Part shown: in pieces, positions 28,486-40,259 of the stretch
Numbering within the stretch: position 1 is the stretch's first letter
Layout of the letters: the number at the start of each line of letters is the position of its first letter
Assembly: GCA_012295275.1 (NCBI GenBank)
Contig: CM022671.1
Span: 33,108,001 to 33,172,000, forward strand
Source: Chrysomallon squamiferum
Taxonomy: Eukaryota > Animalia > Mollusca
Direction: 5' to 3'
DNA: 64,000 nt
The notes under the pieces: generated by a model
Told to the model about the DNA's origin: nothing
What the model saw: only the letters and a program-made list of their open reading frames with translations
Database searches by the model: none
Position numbers and translations under genes: made by a program

Positions 28486-29243
28486 ATTCACGGAGATAAT
28501 GTTTTTTTGTTGTTGTTGTTTTTTTGTTTTGTTTTTTTTTTTTTTTTTAATACAGCCATAATTAAAAGTAAAATTAAAATTAATAAATAATATAAAATAT
28601 TTGGTTTGATTAAGACCTAAGACCTAAGACCTATGTTATAATAAAAGGAGAGTTTTGACTACGAAATTATAATGAATCGAGAACAGAAAATGTCTAAACT
28701 CTGTTCTCTCGAGCGTGCCAAGCGTGATTCTTATACATACTAAATTCTCCTTCCTAAAAGCCACAATTATAATGATACGAAAGACATTTTTTTTTTTTTT
28801 TACGTAACAATCGTTTATAATAATGTCAGAACAGAACTTACTGATATAATACTCGAAAATAAAGTAGTGTTGAAATATTTATGTATAAGGTGGATGGAAG
28901 TAATTATTTTAATGGAATAGCTTAAAACAAATGTTTTCTTCGAAATAAATGTATTTTTTAATTATACCTTATTAATTTTTTCTTTAATATAACGATGTGT
29001 CTGTGTTTCGAGGTGACTAAATACCAAAATTAGTTACGTTACCTTGAATATAGACGATACTAAGAAGAATGATAAAAACACCGAACGCCATTGACAGGTA
29101 TGTGATTATATATGTCTTTTATAAGTGACTCTTGTATATAACTTCCCGGTCCCTTTACTAATTCATGTTCCCACAGGTGTCAATCACTTCGGAACTTCAA
29201 CCAATCAAAACGCTCTATTTCCACACGCTCATAATGTTTTATT

Positions 29244-30460
29244 TTCGGCCGCCATGTTGTCCCACAAACGGTGTGTTTATGTAAATCATTGTTAGGTTCA
29301 ATTGTTCAGCAAGCGTTAACACGTCCTATGTTAGAAGGCAATATGTATTGGCACAATGGTGAAGCGATGGGCTTGGGGGACATGCAAATCGGTTGAACGG
29401 AACGAAAGTGGACAGCATTTGACATTTATACCGTTTCCGAAGCCGAAAACGCAACAAGAAATTGTTTAAAATGGATTCGACTATGCGGACGACCACATTC
29501 TCAAAAAGAAAGTCACTTATAAACATGAACATGTTTTCAAATAATAATAATACACACCGTTGATATTTAGCTAGATACGAATTACCAAATATAAAGAATA
29601 TACACACACAGCCATTGAACAGAAAAAAAGAAGAAAGAAATGTTTTATTTCATGACACATTCAACACATTTTATTTACGGTTATATGGTATGGTTAAGTA
29701 CTACACTGTATTGAGAGAGAAACCCGATGTTGCCACTTCATGAACTACTATTTTTTACTAGTAGTACCGTCCCACAGAAAGGGTAGCATATACCATTCAT
29801 GGTGCACCGGTTGGATCAAGAAATGGCCCAGTAGACCCACAGTGTGAAAAAATAAATAAAAACTGTATGTTGTGTGTAAAATGCCAATGACAAAATTTGA
29901 CTGTGAGGTAATTCAATCTAAACATTTGGGCGATCTATTGTAAATGTTTAACTATTATAAATAGTCTTGACAATGCAGCTTTACGACACGCTTGTCATTT
30001 GTTATATTCTGGTTTGTTACTTTGTTTCTTCATTGCACTAAACCATTCTAATATCAGTTTAATACCAAAATATGCCCCTCCAGCCTTACAGGAGCAGTTA
30101 GTCTCTGATGGCCGTTTCGTTCCCAAGAAAATGCGGTTTGTGTGCCGAGTAGTTTTTCCTCATGGAACGCCTGCATCTCGCATTCACTATCGGTTGATTT
30201 TCGACGGAAATTTGTATATCGTGGATGTAGCCTTGCGCAAAATAATTTAAACCTTTCTCTTGTGCTTTTCTGGAAAGGCCCGAGCTCTCAGGAAGATATA
30301 AAACCGAAACATCATTTGGAATACTTTTTAGATTTCCATCGCCGTCTGCTACTGATTCCGCCATTTTGGAATGAGCTTGTGTGACGTAGTAACAGTAACT
30401 AAGGGGGCGTGGCTTTTAATAATAATAATAATAACCCACTAAGGGGGCGTGGCTTATAAT
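29244..30460. mobile_element. Internally deleted THAP-transposase + SWIM-protein DNA transposon (ISL2EU/Harbinger-like)
   Basis: From 29356 the + strand reads MVKRWAWGTCKS...FIPFPKPKTQQE-(frameshift)-CLKWIRLCGRPHSQ (THAP-like). A convergent minus ORF from 30364 reads ...KGLNYFAQGYIHDI...ARCRRSMRK then, after a frameshift, NCSCKAG (SWIM-like). Absent from copy B. Ends are approximate. Confidence 0.65.
29630..29842 (-). mobile_element. Degenerate SINE-like interspersed repeat nested in the THAP element
   Basis: AAGAAAGAAATGTTTTATTT..GACACATTCAACACATTTTATTTACGGTTATATGG...GAGAGAAACCCG..GCCACTTCATG...CCCACAGA..GGTAGCATATACCA resembles an abundant gastropod SINE tail and body I recall; not verified by search. 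Confidence 0.55.
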
Positions 30461-30474
30461 AATAATTACAATAA

Positions 30475-30513
<39 letters not shown>

Positions 30514-30854
30514 AATAACAAAATCAATTAATAAAAAGAAAAAAGAACAACAACAAAAAAAAAAAAAAAAAAAAAAAAATAAAATAAAATAAAAACACCA
30601 AAAAACAAAACAACAGAAAACAAGAAAAAAAAAAAAAAAAAAAAATTGCTAATTTGGTTAAAGATGCTCATTTAAAATCATTGTATGTGCTGTGGTTGCA
30701 GAACTGGCTACGTTTAAATGCAACCTTTACCCAGTTTCAATCAGTAATCATATATGTCAAATGTAGACTTCGGTTTTAAAGACAGATATCGATATTTATT
30801 TGTTGTCACATTCACCAATATTCCGCCCACCTTTTACACACACACACACACGGG

Positions 30855-30932
<78 letters not shown>

Positions 30933-30936
<4 letters not shown>

Positions 30937-31680
30937 CATTAAAATTATTTCCAAGCTGCGGACCTTTGTCCATGAAAAGATGGAGAAACCGTAACCTTAC
31001 CTTGTCTTACGAGTTTAATTCGTTCGTGCCCGAGGTCGTAACTCAATTTGCTCGTATATCAAATCAATTTCCCAAATGAAATTAACTGAAATACCATTAA
31101 CCCGTCAAAGCCCCCAAAAACCACCCCAATTTTTTGTAACGTGTTTTTAAATAAGAAAACAATGTTTTTATAAATAACAAATATTGTATAAAAACAACAT
31201 AAAAGAGAATGTAAAGAAATAAATTGGTTTTGTAAAGTGTACTTAGCTTGCAGATCAGACAAATTATTTTAACGCCTTTGGCTGAAGTTACAGCCTTTAT
31301 CGACTTTTTCTGCTTCAGTATGGTACATATCTTAAAAGTACTACGCTTGTACTGCCTAGCCAAGTCGACTACATGCGCACCTTGATCATGTTTTTCTAGG
31401 ATTTCATACTTTAATTCAATGGACACCATACGCTTCTTCTCAGCACTGTCGTTCGCACTCACTTTTTGAGGATCCATGATCAGAAAAAAGAAATTTGGCA
31501 AACATTCTGCACAAAATATGAGCACAACACAACAGAGATGCTTCAACGGCGAGAAAACCACGTGATGTAAACGAGTGAGACGCGGGATGCTGGGCGGATG
31601 TTGTGTTGTTTGTTGCGCCAACTAGCGGCGGCGTATCTGAAGCTCGTTCATGACTGAAGTTTGGCTCGTAACTCAATATT
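30933..31680 (-). mobile_element. Tigger/pogo (CENP-B-type HTH) transposon fragments, rearranged
   Basis: Minus strand reads MDPQKVSANDSAEKKRMVSIELKYEILEKHDQGAHVVDLARQYKRSTFKICTILKQKKSIKAVTSAKGVKII (HTH-psq-like). Its continuation GIKIISKLRTFVHEKMEKP lies on the + strand at 30934-30992. A terminal-type sequence CTTACGAGTTTAATTCGTTC sits at ~31005. Confidence 0.8.
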
Positions 31681-32658
31681 TGTATATAGTCAGTATTCGG
31701 AATCGTACTAGCTGTAAGTGACACAGTAATGTTAATACATAACAGTCTTATAAAGTAGAATAGGTTGTTAGAATCAATGTTTTCTTATGCTGTTTAAATA
31801 TAAAAAATTAAATAAAAACATTTTAGTTTATTAAGACATTAGCCCTGCATATTTCATTCACCTCTAAAATAAATTAATTCACCAGTTTAAGAAGCATTTG
31901 TTTAACTTTTTATAATATCAATGGTTACTGGATGTAATATATATATTAAATAAATAAATAATGAAAAGGATTGATGTTGCTACTTACCAAACATTTAGGT
32001 ACAGTCCAGTCATATATGAGTCTATGTATGTGTTTTATTCAGTCCATTTCATTAACCAATGAACTGTAACCAAATCCACATCTGAAATTTATGCATAATC
32101 ATTAAAAACTGCGTTAGATAATTGGGCACGAGTATTTATAGAAGGATAATATAATAACAGATGTTATCTAATTTGTTTTTAATATAAAGTTTGTCATGTC
32201 TGAGTTATACACCATATGCTTGATTTTTTTTTTTTTTTTTTATGTATGTGTATTGTGTTATACAGATAACATTAATAATGAAAAAAACACCAGGTACATG
32301 CATATTGTATCTTGACCTTTTGAATTAATGAACTCTTTTCCTGATTGTCAATTTCGAATATCGCAGTAATCAAAAGGATATTTACATTAACTGGTTTTCA
32401 ATAGAAAAAATAAAAATAAAAAAAAGAAGAAGAAGAAGAAGAAAATAAACTAGCAGTTTTACTCGTCGCTAAAGAGTTGTTTGCTAAAATCTGTCGTTTA
32501 GGTCTTTTAAAGCAGGAAGAGTATAATTTGAAAATTGGGTCCATGTATTTTTTTAATTTTTTTTTTATTTTTATATATTTTCTTAATTTTTTTTTTTTTT
32601 TTTTAGCGACAGTGAGGAACAGATATTATTGAAGTAAGATTCGGGATTTCATCCGTCC

Positions 32659-35600
32659 ATGGCGTTCTCAGTTTTTATCTTCTTTCTTGTTAGCATCGTC
32701 TTCACTGAAGGTAATGTAGCTAACATCTTTATTTACGTTTTTGAAAACACAGATCCAGTCATTATTTATGTTTTATGAAAGGTAATGTACATAATTTATT
32801 TTGAAATAAGATATAAATATATTAATTTTATCTATATCTAATATTGTTGTTTTGTTTGTTTTTAACTATGCATTCAATTATTATTTATGACTATGTCAAA
32901 GAATATGTACCTAATAATGTGCTTTTATTTATGTGGTTTATTTTGACATATTTATATATTCAATAATTATTTTATTTTAAGGATGTGAAAATAGCTGATG
33001 TTTTCTTATCATTTCTTTGAGGTAGTTACTTTACAGTTGAGTTACAGGTATACAAAAAAAATTCAAATTGAAATAATGGAATCACTTTATCAAAATTATT
33101 AATTAATTAATTAAATGGGTTTTTGTCTTGTTATGATTTTATGTTAGTAAAGGTTAATATGTTATGTAATACTGTTTTTTTTTTTTTATTTTTTTTATTT
33201 CTCTTTATTTATTAATTTTTAAAGACATTTTTTTTATATATATACTTTTAGTTGCCATACATGTGTAAGTAAAGTTGCAATTAATACGTATAAGACTGTT
33301 TCTTAAAATTTTGTTTACAGTTATTATTTAAAAAATACACTACTTGAGACAAAGGGATGTTAAATTAATCATTTACTGTAGGAGATCCCTGCAAGGACTA
33401 CACTAAGTTTCCCAACGAAGAAAGACGGGATACAAATTACCCCCTCAGAACTGATCAGTCTCGTTTTTCTGACAGATACTTGGACGAAACATGGTATGGA
33501 AGTAAATTAAACATTACCTCAGTAATGCCTCCACGTTTTGTGTGTGGTACCTATTTTCCTATCTGGGCAAAAGAAGGTAAGCAGATTGAAACTAACACCG
33601 TTAATAATTATTCAGTAGCATTAAAAAAAAATTAATAATAATAACGTAATAATAATAATAATAATAATATATAAAATATCATAAATAGATAAAAGAACAA
33701 AAATAAATAAATAAATTAAAAATGTTTTGGCCAAAAAATCGTTACAGGTAATATTTCCATTATCCATAATTTAAAAATTCGATAATAATTAGTATATGTA
33801 TAATATAAAATATCAGTTCCATACGTTCATACATAAATACATACATGTGCTTACATATCCACTTAAATTGTTTACATACATACATAAATTCGTACATAAA
33901 TACAAAAGGATACACACACACATACACACGCACAAACACACATACACATACATACATGTATATATACATAAACACAAAAATAATAATAATAATAATAACA
34001 ACAATAAATAAATAAATAAATGAAACACAAAAAAGCAAGAAATATTTACATACAAGTAACCACAGCCATAAACGCAAAATGATTTCGTACAAAAGAAAAA
34101 TGACAACCGTTTCCTTACTCAGTTTCAGATGTAACCAACGATGATGGAACAGTGGACGTAACAATGTGTATACATGTTTTAGAAAACTGTTCTTCGACGT
34201 TTGTGGTGAAAGCAAAATACTGCGATTCTCACGTTGTTTATTTTCTCACAAGAACACCCCTTGATTCTGTCTACTGTCTCGGTAAGAGATTAAGTAAATG
34301 TAAATATGCTCGTCACAGGAATAGAGACACAAATAGTCAGATAGATACATTAAGAGAGAATTAAATAGAAAGAAATACGGATATATTTCAAATTACTTAT
34401 TGTTGATATTATTATTATTGTTATATCAAACGTGTAAGTTTTGTTAACTTTTTTTTTTAGTTTATTATATTTTATTTAATGATTATGTTAAAATAGTTTA
34501 TTCTTGCTTTTATTCAGGTGCTCAGATAAACGGTAAGTTGAAACAGTTTTCCGCATTAAAATAGATAATATACAATATATTCATATACATATACAGTGGT
34601 ACCTCGATTTATGAGTGCACCAGCTTACGAGTTTTCCGAGTTACGGTCGATTTTTTTGAGTTGCGAGCTTCGGATACGCCGCCACTAGTTGGCGAAACGA
34701 ACAACACAACATCCGCCCAGCATTCCGCGTCTCACTCGTTTGCTTCACATGGTTACCACGCCACGGTTTCTCCATCTTTTCATGGACAGAGGTCCGCAGC
34801 TTGGGAATTATTTTAACGCCTTTGGCTGGAGTTATAGCCTTTATCGACTCCTTCTACTTCAGTATGGTACATATCGCAAAAGTTCTACTTTCATGTTGAC
34901 TACATGCAAACTTCATTCATGTTTTTCTGTGATTTCATGCTTTAATTCAACGGACATCATCACTTCTTCTCCTCAACACTGCCCTTTGCACTCACTTTCT
35001 CAGGATCCATGGAAATTTGGCAAAATACTGCACAAAACGCAAGCACAACACAACAGAGATGCTTCCACGGCTAGGTAACCACGTAGAGCAAATAAGTGCG
35101 ACGCGGGATGCTGGGCGGATGTTGTTTTGTTCGTTGCGCCAATTAGCGTCGGCGTTTCTGAAGCTTGCTCGCAACTCAAAGCAAAAATCCATAGTAACTC
35201 GGAAAACTCGTAAGTTGGAGTAGTCGTAACTCCAGTTACCACTGTATATATGTAATGTTTTTTTTTTTTTTTTATACAGAATTATGTTATTCGGAACATT
35301 TTCTTTCTTTCTTTCTTTACTTATTTATTTACAGTGCCCAATTTCACAAAAGCTCCAGTTATCGAAGCCTATCTGAAAAAAGTTAACAAATTGTCAAATG
35401 TTTTATGTAATTATGAAAAGCATGACAGCGGCAACGTCTATTATACTGTATATTGGTACATCAACGACACATACTGTTATGCTTCTAGCTCACACCAGTG
35501 GAAGAAGCGAGAGAAAAATATCAAACTGGTCGAAGCAACAGCGATGAATGAATGCATCACAACAACAAGTTTTAACGTGAGTAACTATCAATACTTTTCA

Positions 35601-36485
35601 ATAAATATAAATATATTTTATTTGTCAAAACAATTATTATTATATATTATGTTTATTGTTATGATAATAATTGATTTATTAACTATATTATTATCATCAT
35701 CATCATTATTATTATTGTGCATGCAGGTATGCGTATATTATATTTCATTTGAAAATTATATGAATCACTTAGACTAGTTACATTTTGCTACCAGAGAAAT
35801 GAATTGGTAGTGGATAGACAAAGTTGTTACATATGCATGCCTATTGGTGCATTTTACAGTCTAACGGCTTTATCCGCTGTTGGAAACGATATATTCTCGG
35901 AAAATATTTTTACCATGGCATTAAATTATAAAATAAACCACACATACACAAAAAATACAAAATAAAAGATATGTCTGGATTTTTCAGATTTCTGGAAGCC
36001 GGATAAATGGTTCGGTACTTCTTTAGTATCTAGGGTTTCAAGTTACTAAGACGTATTGGACAAAATTACGTCTTTTCGCACGTGTTTCCTCAGCCTCTAT
36101 AATATATATATGCAGGGGTCCTCGAGTTACGTCGGAGATCCATTACTACAGACCGACATAAGGCGATTTTTGATGCAAATCGGAATTACCATAGCCCAAG
36201 TCACATACCTAACCTAAAACACCCTAACGTCATAAGTATATCAAGAAATAGAACTAAGCCGTAGGAAAATGACAGGGAGATCTTAATTATAGTACAGAAA
36301 AATGACAAAACTGAAACAAAACAAAACAAACACAAAAGTGGGAGAGCGGATGTAAAACAGAGTACCCAAATAGCTCATGTTGGGACCCAAGTTCTGCTTC
36401 AAGTCGAAATTTTGTTTTTTAAATTATTTATGGGATTACTCCCGTAATGTCGAAACGGCGCATGTCGAGAAACCCCTCTGTGTGT

Positions 36486-36555
<70 letters not shown>

Positions 36556-37489
36556 ATAAGGTGGTCTGAGTGTATTATATGACGTTGTTTTCAAGGGTTT
36601 TTTTTGTGTTTTTTTTTAAATTCAAAAAATAAATTAAAAAATTCATGTAAAATTATCTTTTAAGATAACGTGTGGCGTACGAATAAGCTATGAAGACCTG
36701 CCAGGTGGAAGTGTGCCAGTTTTCGGACAACCAGTGTTCTTTGACATCAAGGCAAATGTTTCCGTAATCTCTTTGTATTTTCTCTTAAGTACATATCACA
36801 ATTCTGTTGAACTGTTGTTGGGCCCTTTTTTTTTTTTTGGTTTTTTTTTGTGGTTTTGTGGGGTTTTTCTTTCTTTCTTTCCTTAATTTTTATTTTGACA
36901 AACAACAACACCAAAATATGTATTATTGTTAATTTTGAAAGAAGAGAAAGTGACAGAATCCAGAAATCTACTACCATTAGTAATACTATAGTATTTTATT
37001 GTTAGTAAAGCTTGGTGTTTAGTTAACAAAAATAAACAAAATTAGGAAGTATTACAAATTTTATATGTATGCTGCTCTTTAGTTCGCTGTTTTTCATGCA
37101 GGATTACTGTGTTCCTAATGGAGAATGTAATGAGATTGGTTCTAAATGTCTGGAAGACGCATGTTTGGTGTGTTCAGCCTCTGAAAAGGCAAAACCTGGC
37201 AAACAGATCCAAGTAAGATCCTTCCTTCTTCTTCTTCTTATTATTATTTTACGACTGTGATTGTCAAAATGTGTACTCACCACAAACGTACGCACAATAC
37301 ACCCTGCACACACAAATACTAATATAATACAAATACAGACTCACATACATACATACATACTGTCGACTCCTATGATACAGAGACATTTCTTATGGTGCAG
37401 AATCTGTAAATTAAAAAAAAACCAACATAATTTAGTCATCAATAAGACAGGTTTTAACACAGAAACGAACTTTATCTATCAAGTTATAA

Positions 37490-37543
<54 letters not shown>

Positions 37544-37735
37544 GGTGCGCCATAGTAATACATTAAAATGTATATACTTTTGTCTATCTGTATGTGTGTA
37601 TGTATTTAAAATGTTTTAATTATTGTTGTTGTTGATGTTATTAATATTACTATTCTTTTAGCATGTGGAGCGGCTGTTGTGTTCGTCCAGTGGTGCGTGA
37701 TGATGATGTCGGTGTTAATCATCTCTGTCTTGTGA
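32659..37735 (+). CDS. Short VWDE-paralog (signal peptide, D8C-like, Ig-like, Cys-rich, GPI-like tail), copy 1
   Basis: Exons 32659-32710, 33382-33576, 34129-34281, 34518-34532, 35335-35576, 36665-36751 (GC donor), 37102-37212 and 37662-37735. Sizes 195/153/15/87/74 equal exons 2/3/4/6/18 of the long gene. D8C-like motifs DPC..Y..F, WY, CGTYFPIW and YCL are present. An apparent 1-nt deletion at 37191-37194 shifts the last exon (stop at 37698-37700 as assembled). Confidence 0.8.
34594..35244. mobile_element. Tigger-derived non-autonomous element with long inverted arms
   Basis: TA|CAGTGGTACCTCG ... CCAGTTACCACTG|TA. The ~165-bp arms (34594-34760 vs 35073-35244) are inverted. A decayed transposase N-terminus on the minus strand is homologous to 31260-31480. 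Confidence 0.85.
36113..36480. mobile_element. Tc1/mariner (Tigger-type) MITE
   Basis: Imperfect terminal inverted repeats CAGGGGTCCTCGAGTTACG ... CATGTCGAGAAACCCCTCTG, flanked by TA/TG microsatellite. Confidence 0.6.
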
Positions 37736-38134
37736 AAGAGTTTAACATGAGATAAACGACAGCCATCCATACCGAAACTATCGAGTTAACTGTCAAAATA
37801 TTTGTGTTTGAAAACTGGAATGATTAGCTGATTATGTCTGTTTCCACTTTGATGGCATAAAATAAAATTAAAATAATCGAAGAAGCAAACGTAATTAGTT
37901 GCACCAATAATTCTTGACTTCTGTGCCTTTTTTTAGAATCTACTCATATATTACATCATAGATTTATGATACTGTTATTTTATAGACTTTCAAATTTAAT
38001 CATTTTTTCCATTATATTTATAATTTTATGCGTTCGTTATGCTGCTTCTTTTTGCTTTTTTTTTTTTTTTTTTTGAAATGTATATATGTCTAAATTGTCA
38101 TTTGTTTCTGATAACAGAAATAAGTTAATTACAT

Positions 38135-38170
<36 letters not shown>

Positions 38171-39153
38171 TAAATAAAAAATATTTGAGACAGATCGGGA
38201 ATTTTTTTTTTTTTTTTTTTAATGTTACCAAGTATACTAAGAAATGGTATTAATTAAAACCTAAATATTTATTATTTCATGCCATTTATTAATTTATTAT
38301 TTCTTACAGTTTAAATTTTAATGAACAAAATACAAATTAATACAAATTAGAATTAATTTCGATTAGATTAATTTAATTTGAAATCTAATTTGTAAGTAAA
38401 GTTTTATTACAAATTAAATAAAGAAAGTAAATTGGAATGTAAAACAGACAACTCAGATTTAAATATTTATTATGAAGTCTGACACTAACATACATATTTT
38501 ACCTGACAATAAACTAATATTTAAGTAACAATTTGGGAAATCCATGTTACAGGTTTATGAAGCTGAACAAAGTAATGCATAATATTAATATCTAAGCAAA
38601 ACAGATCTGAACACTTAAAACAAACATCAAAACAAAAATAGTGATGTGTTAACAAATAACCTTGATACATTTTGTATACATTTATAAATGTTTTATTTCA
38701 CATTGGTTACTTTGTTTCTTTGTTTTGTTTGTGGAAGCCATCTTTTTTTATTAACTAAAATATAATAATATAACATGACATTTTCCTTTTTTTCTAATTT
38801 CTTCATTCTGTTATGTATTGCAGATTTAATCTTTTTTAAGTATATGAAACTAGTAAATATCAGTTATTTATAGAGTATCAGCTGTCTTTTCAAATCAATT
38901 TTCAATTTTGGATTTACTTTTAAGAATATAACTGGCTTTATATTTTGCATTATAAAAACGAAAATAAAACTTGATTTAAAAACATTCTGTTACATTTGAA
39001 TGATTTTATTTATTTTATCCTATTCAACAAAACCACTGTTTAGACAGCTATTTGATTCTGCAAAAACTGAAATCATACATATACATATGTATATGTATAT
39101 ATATTTAAAAAATAATTTAAATCTTTCTCTTGTAGTTTTTTGTAAATGCCAAA

Positions 39154-39285
39154 CCTCTCAGGAACATATATATAACATCATCTGGAATACTTTTTAGATC
39201 AGCTATGTTTTCTGCTAACGTTTCTGCCATTTTGAATGTTAGCTTCTGGTACATAGTAACAGTAACTAAGGGGGCGGCATGGTTT
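39154..39285 (-). mobile_element. Second fragment of the SWIM-protein element end
   Basis: CTCTCAGGAA..AACATCAT.TGGAATACTTTTTAGAT...GCCATTTTG..TAGTAACAGTAACTAAGGGGGCG matches 30285-30412. Confidence 0.7.
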
Positions 39286-39427
39286 ATGTAGTAATTGTGG
39301 AAACATGAATTGTATGCAGTATACTAAATTATAAAATTTAAAATAAACAATAAAAATTTTAAAAATGATAAAATGGTGGTAATAATAATAATAATAAAAA
39401 CAGCAATAATGAAAAAAATATGTTAAC

Positions 39428-40198
39428 CTGATGTTAGCAAAACTTCATTCAGCATGGTTCAAGCTGTTTTAAATTATCTCCCCTCTCAGACATTCTTGTG
39501 TCAATTTTTTATGGAATAAAAACTAATAATAAATAAATACACAATAAAATAAAATAAAATAAAATAAAATATAATTTTTGAAATCTGTTTCAGTCACAAA
39601 TATAAAGTGAAGAAGTCAACTTTTACTTTATAAATTTTATTAGTTCAGTTTTTGCTCTATTCATTTCTGTCCTGTTATCTCAACATGAAAGAAAAGTAAA
39701 TCAATCAATTAAAAAAATAACCGTAGATTTTTTTTTTTAAATACTGATCATCTTACAAATAATGTTATAAACATCACAAAAAACTAACATTAGGTGAGTA
39801 ATTCAAAAATTTTAAATTTTACTCACATCAAATGATTTCACCATCTCAGTATACACCATTAAATCTTTCTCATTCTGCTGAAGTTGTTTGTTTTGCTGGA
39901 AAGAGAAAACAGTAGCAGATTAAAGCAAAACAACATTAAATGTTAAATCAGCAAAGACAAAAATGTTATCCAGATATGTGCTGCTTTATGTTAATTGTAT
40001 GTGTGTACCTGTATACATTCTTGTTTTTGCATGAACTGCCTGCATATATATGTGTCTGCCTGTTTGAATTAAAGAAGTTTATTGTCATCTATTAAATATT
40101 TTCATAATCATTATTGTATCCTCTTTTATATGAGGAAAAAAATTTAATAAAAATATATAAATAAATAAATAAATAGTAAAAAAATAATAATGATTTGA

Positions 40199-40259
<61 letters not shown>

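Larger units (their letters stand above)
14111..29091 (-). pseudogene. VWDE-like (D8C-Ig-VWD-EGF) pseudogene, copy A
   Basis: Exon-by-exon paralog of 43798-59710. Lesions: exon 2 inverted; 5' half of exon 3 lost; TGG>TGA at 23369-23371; 2-nt deletion in exon 6 (85 vs 87 nt); CGA>TGA at 18607-18609 and 15432-15434; +2 frameshift near 15163; CAG>TAG at 14648-14650; VWD DPH motif changed to GTH. Signal-peptide exon is 29091-29043 (MAFGVFIILLSIVYIQ). Confidence 0.92.
12519..34450. repeat. Segmental duplication unit A (homologous to 42078-64000; unit continues to ~42.07 kb)
   Basis: Colinear similarity at an offset of ~29.5 kb starts at ACTGTATTAGGCAATCAGATGACATC (12519 vs 42078) and covers Rab exon 1, the long VWDE-like gene and the short paralog. 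Confidence 0.92.

Noticed and set aside
14111-29091. In-frame TGA codons as selenocysteine or readthrough in VWDE copy A
   Set aside because: Copy B has CGA/TGG at these sites, and copy A also has TAG stops, frameshifts and an inverted exon.
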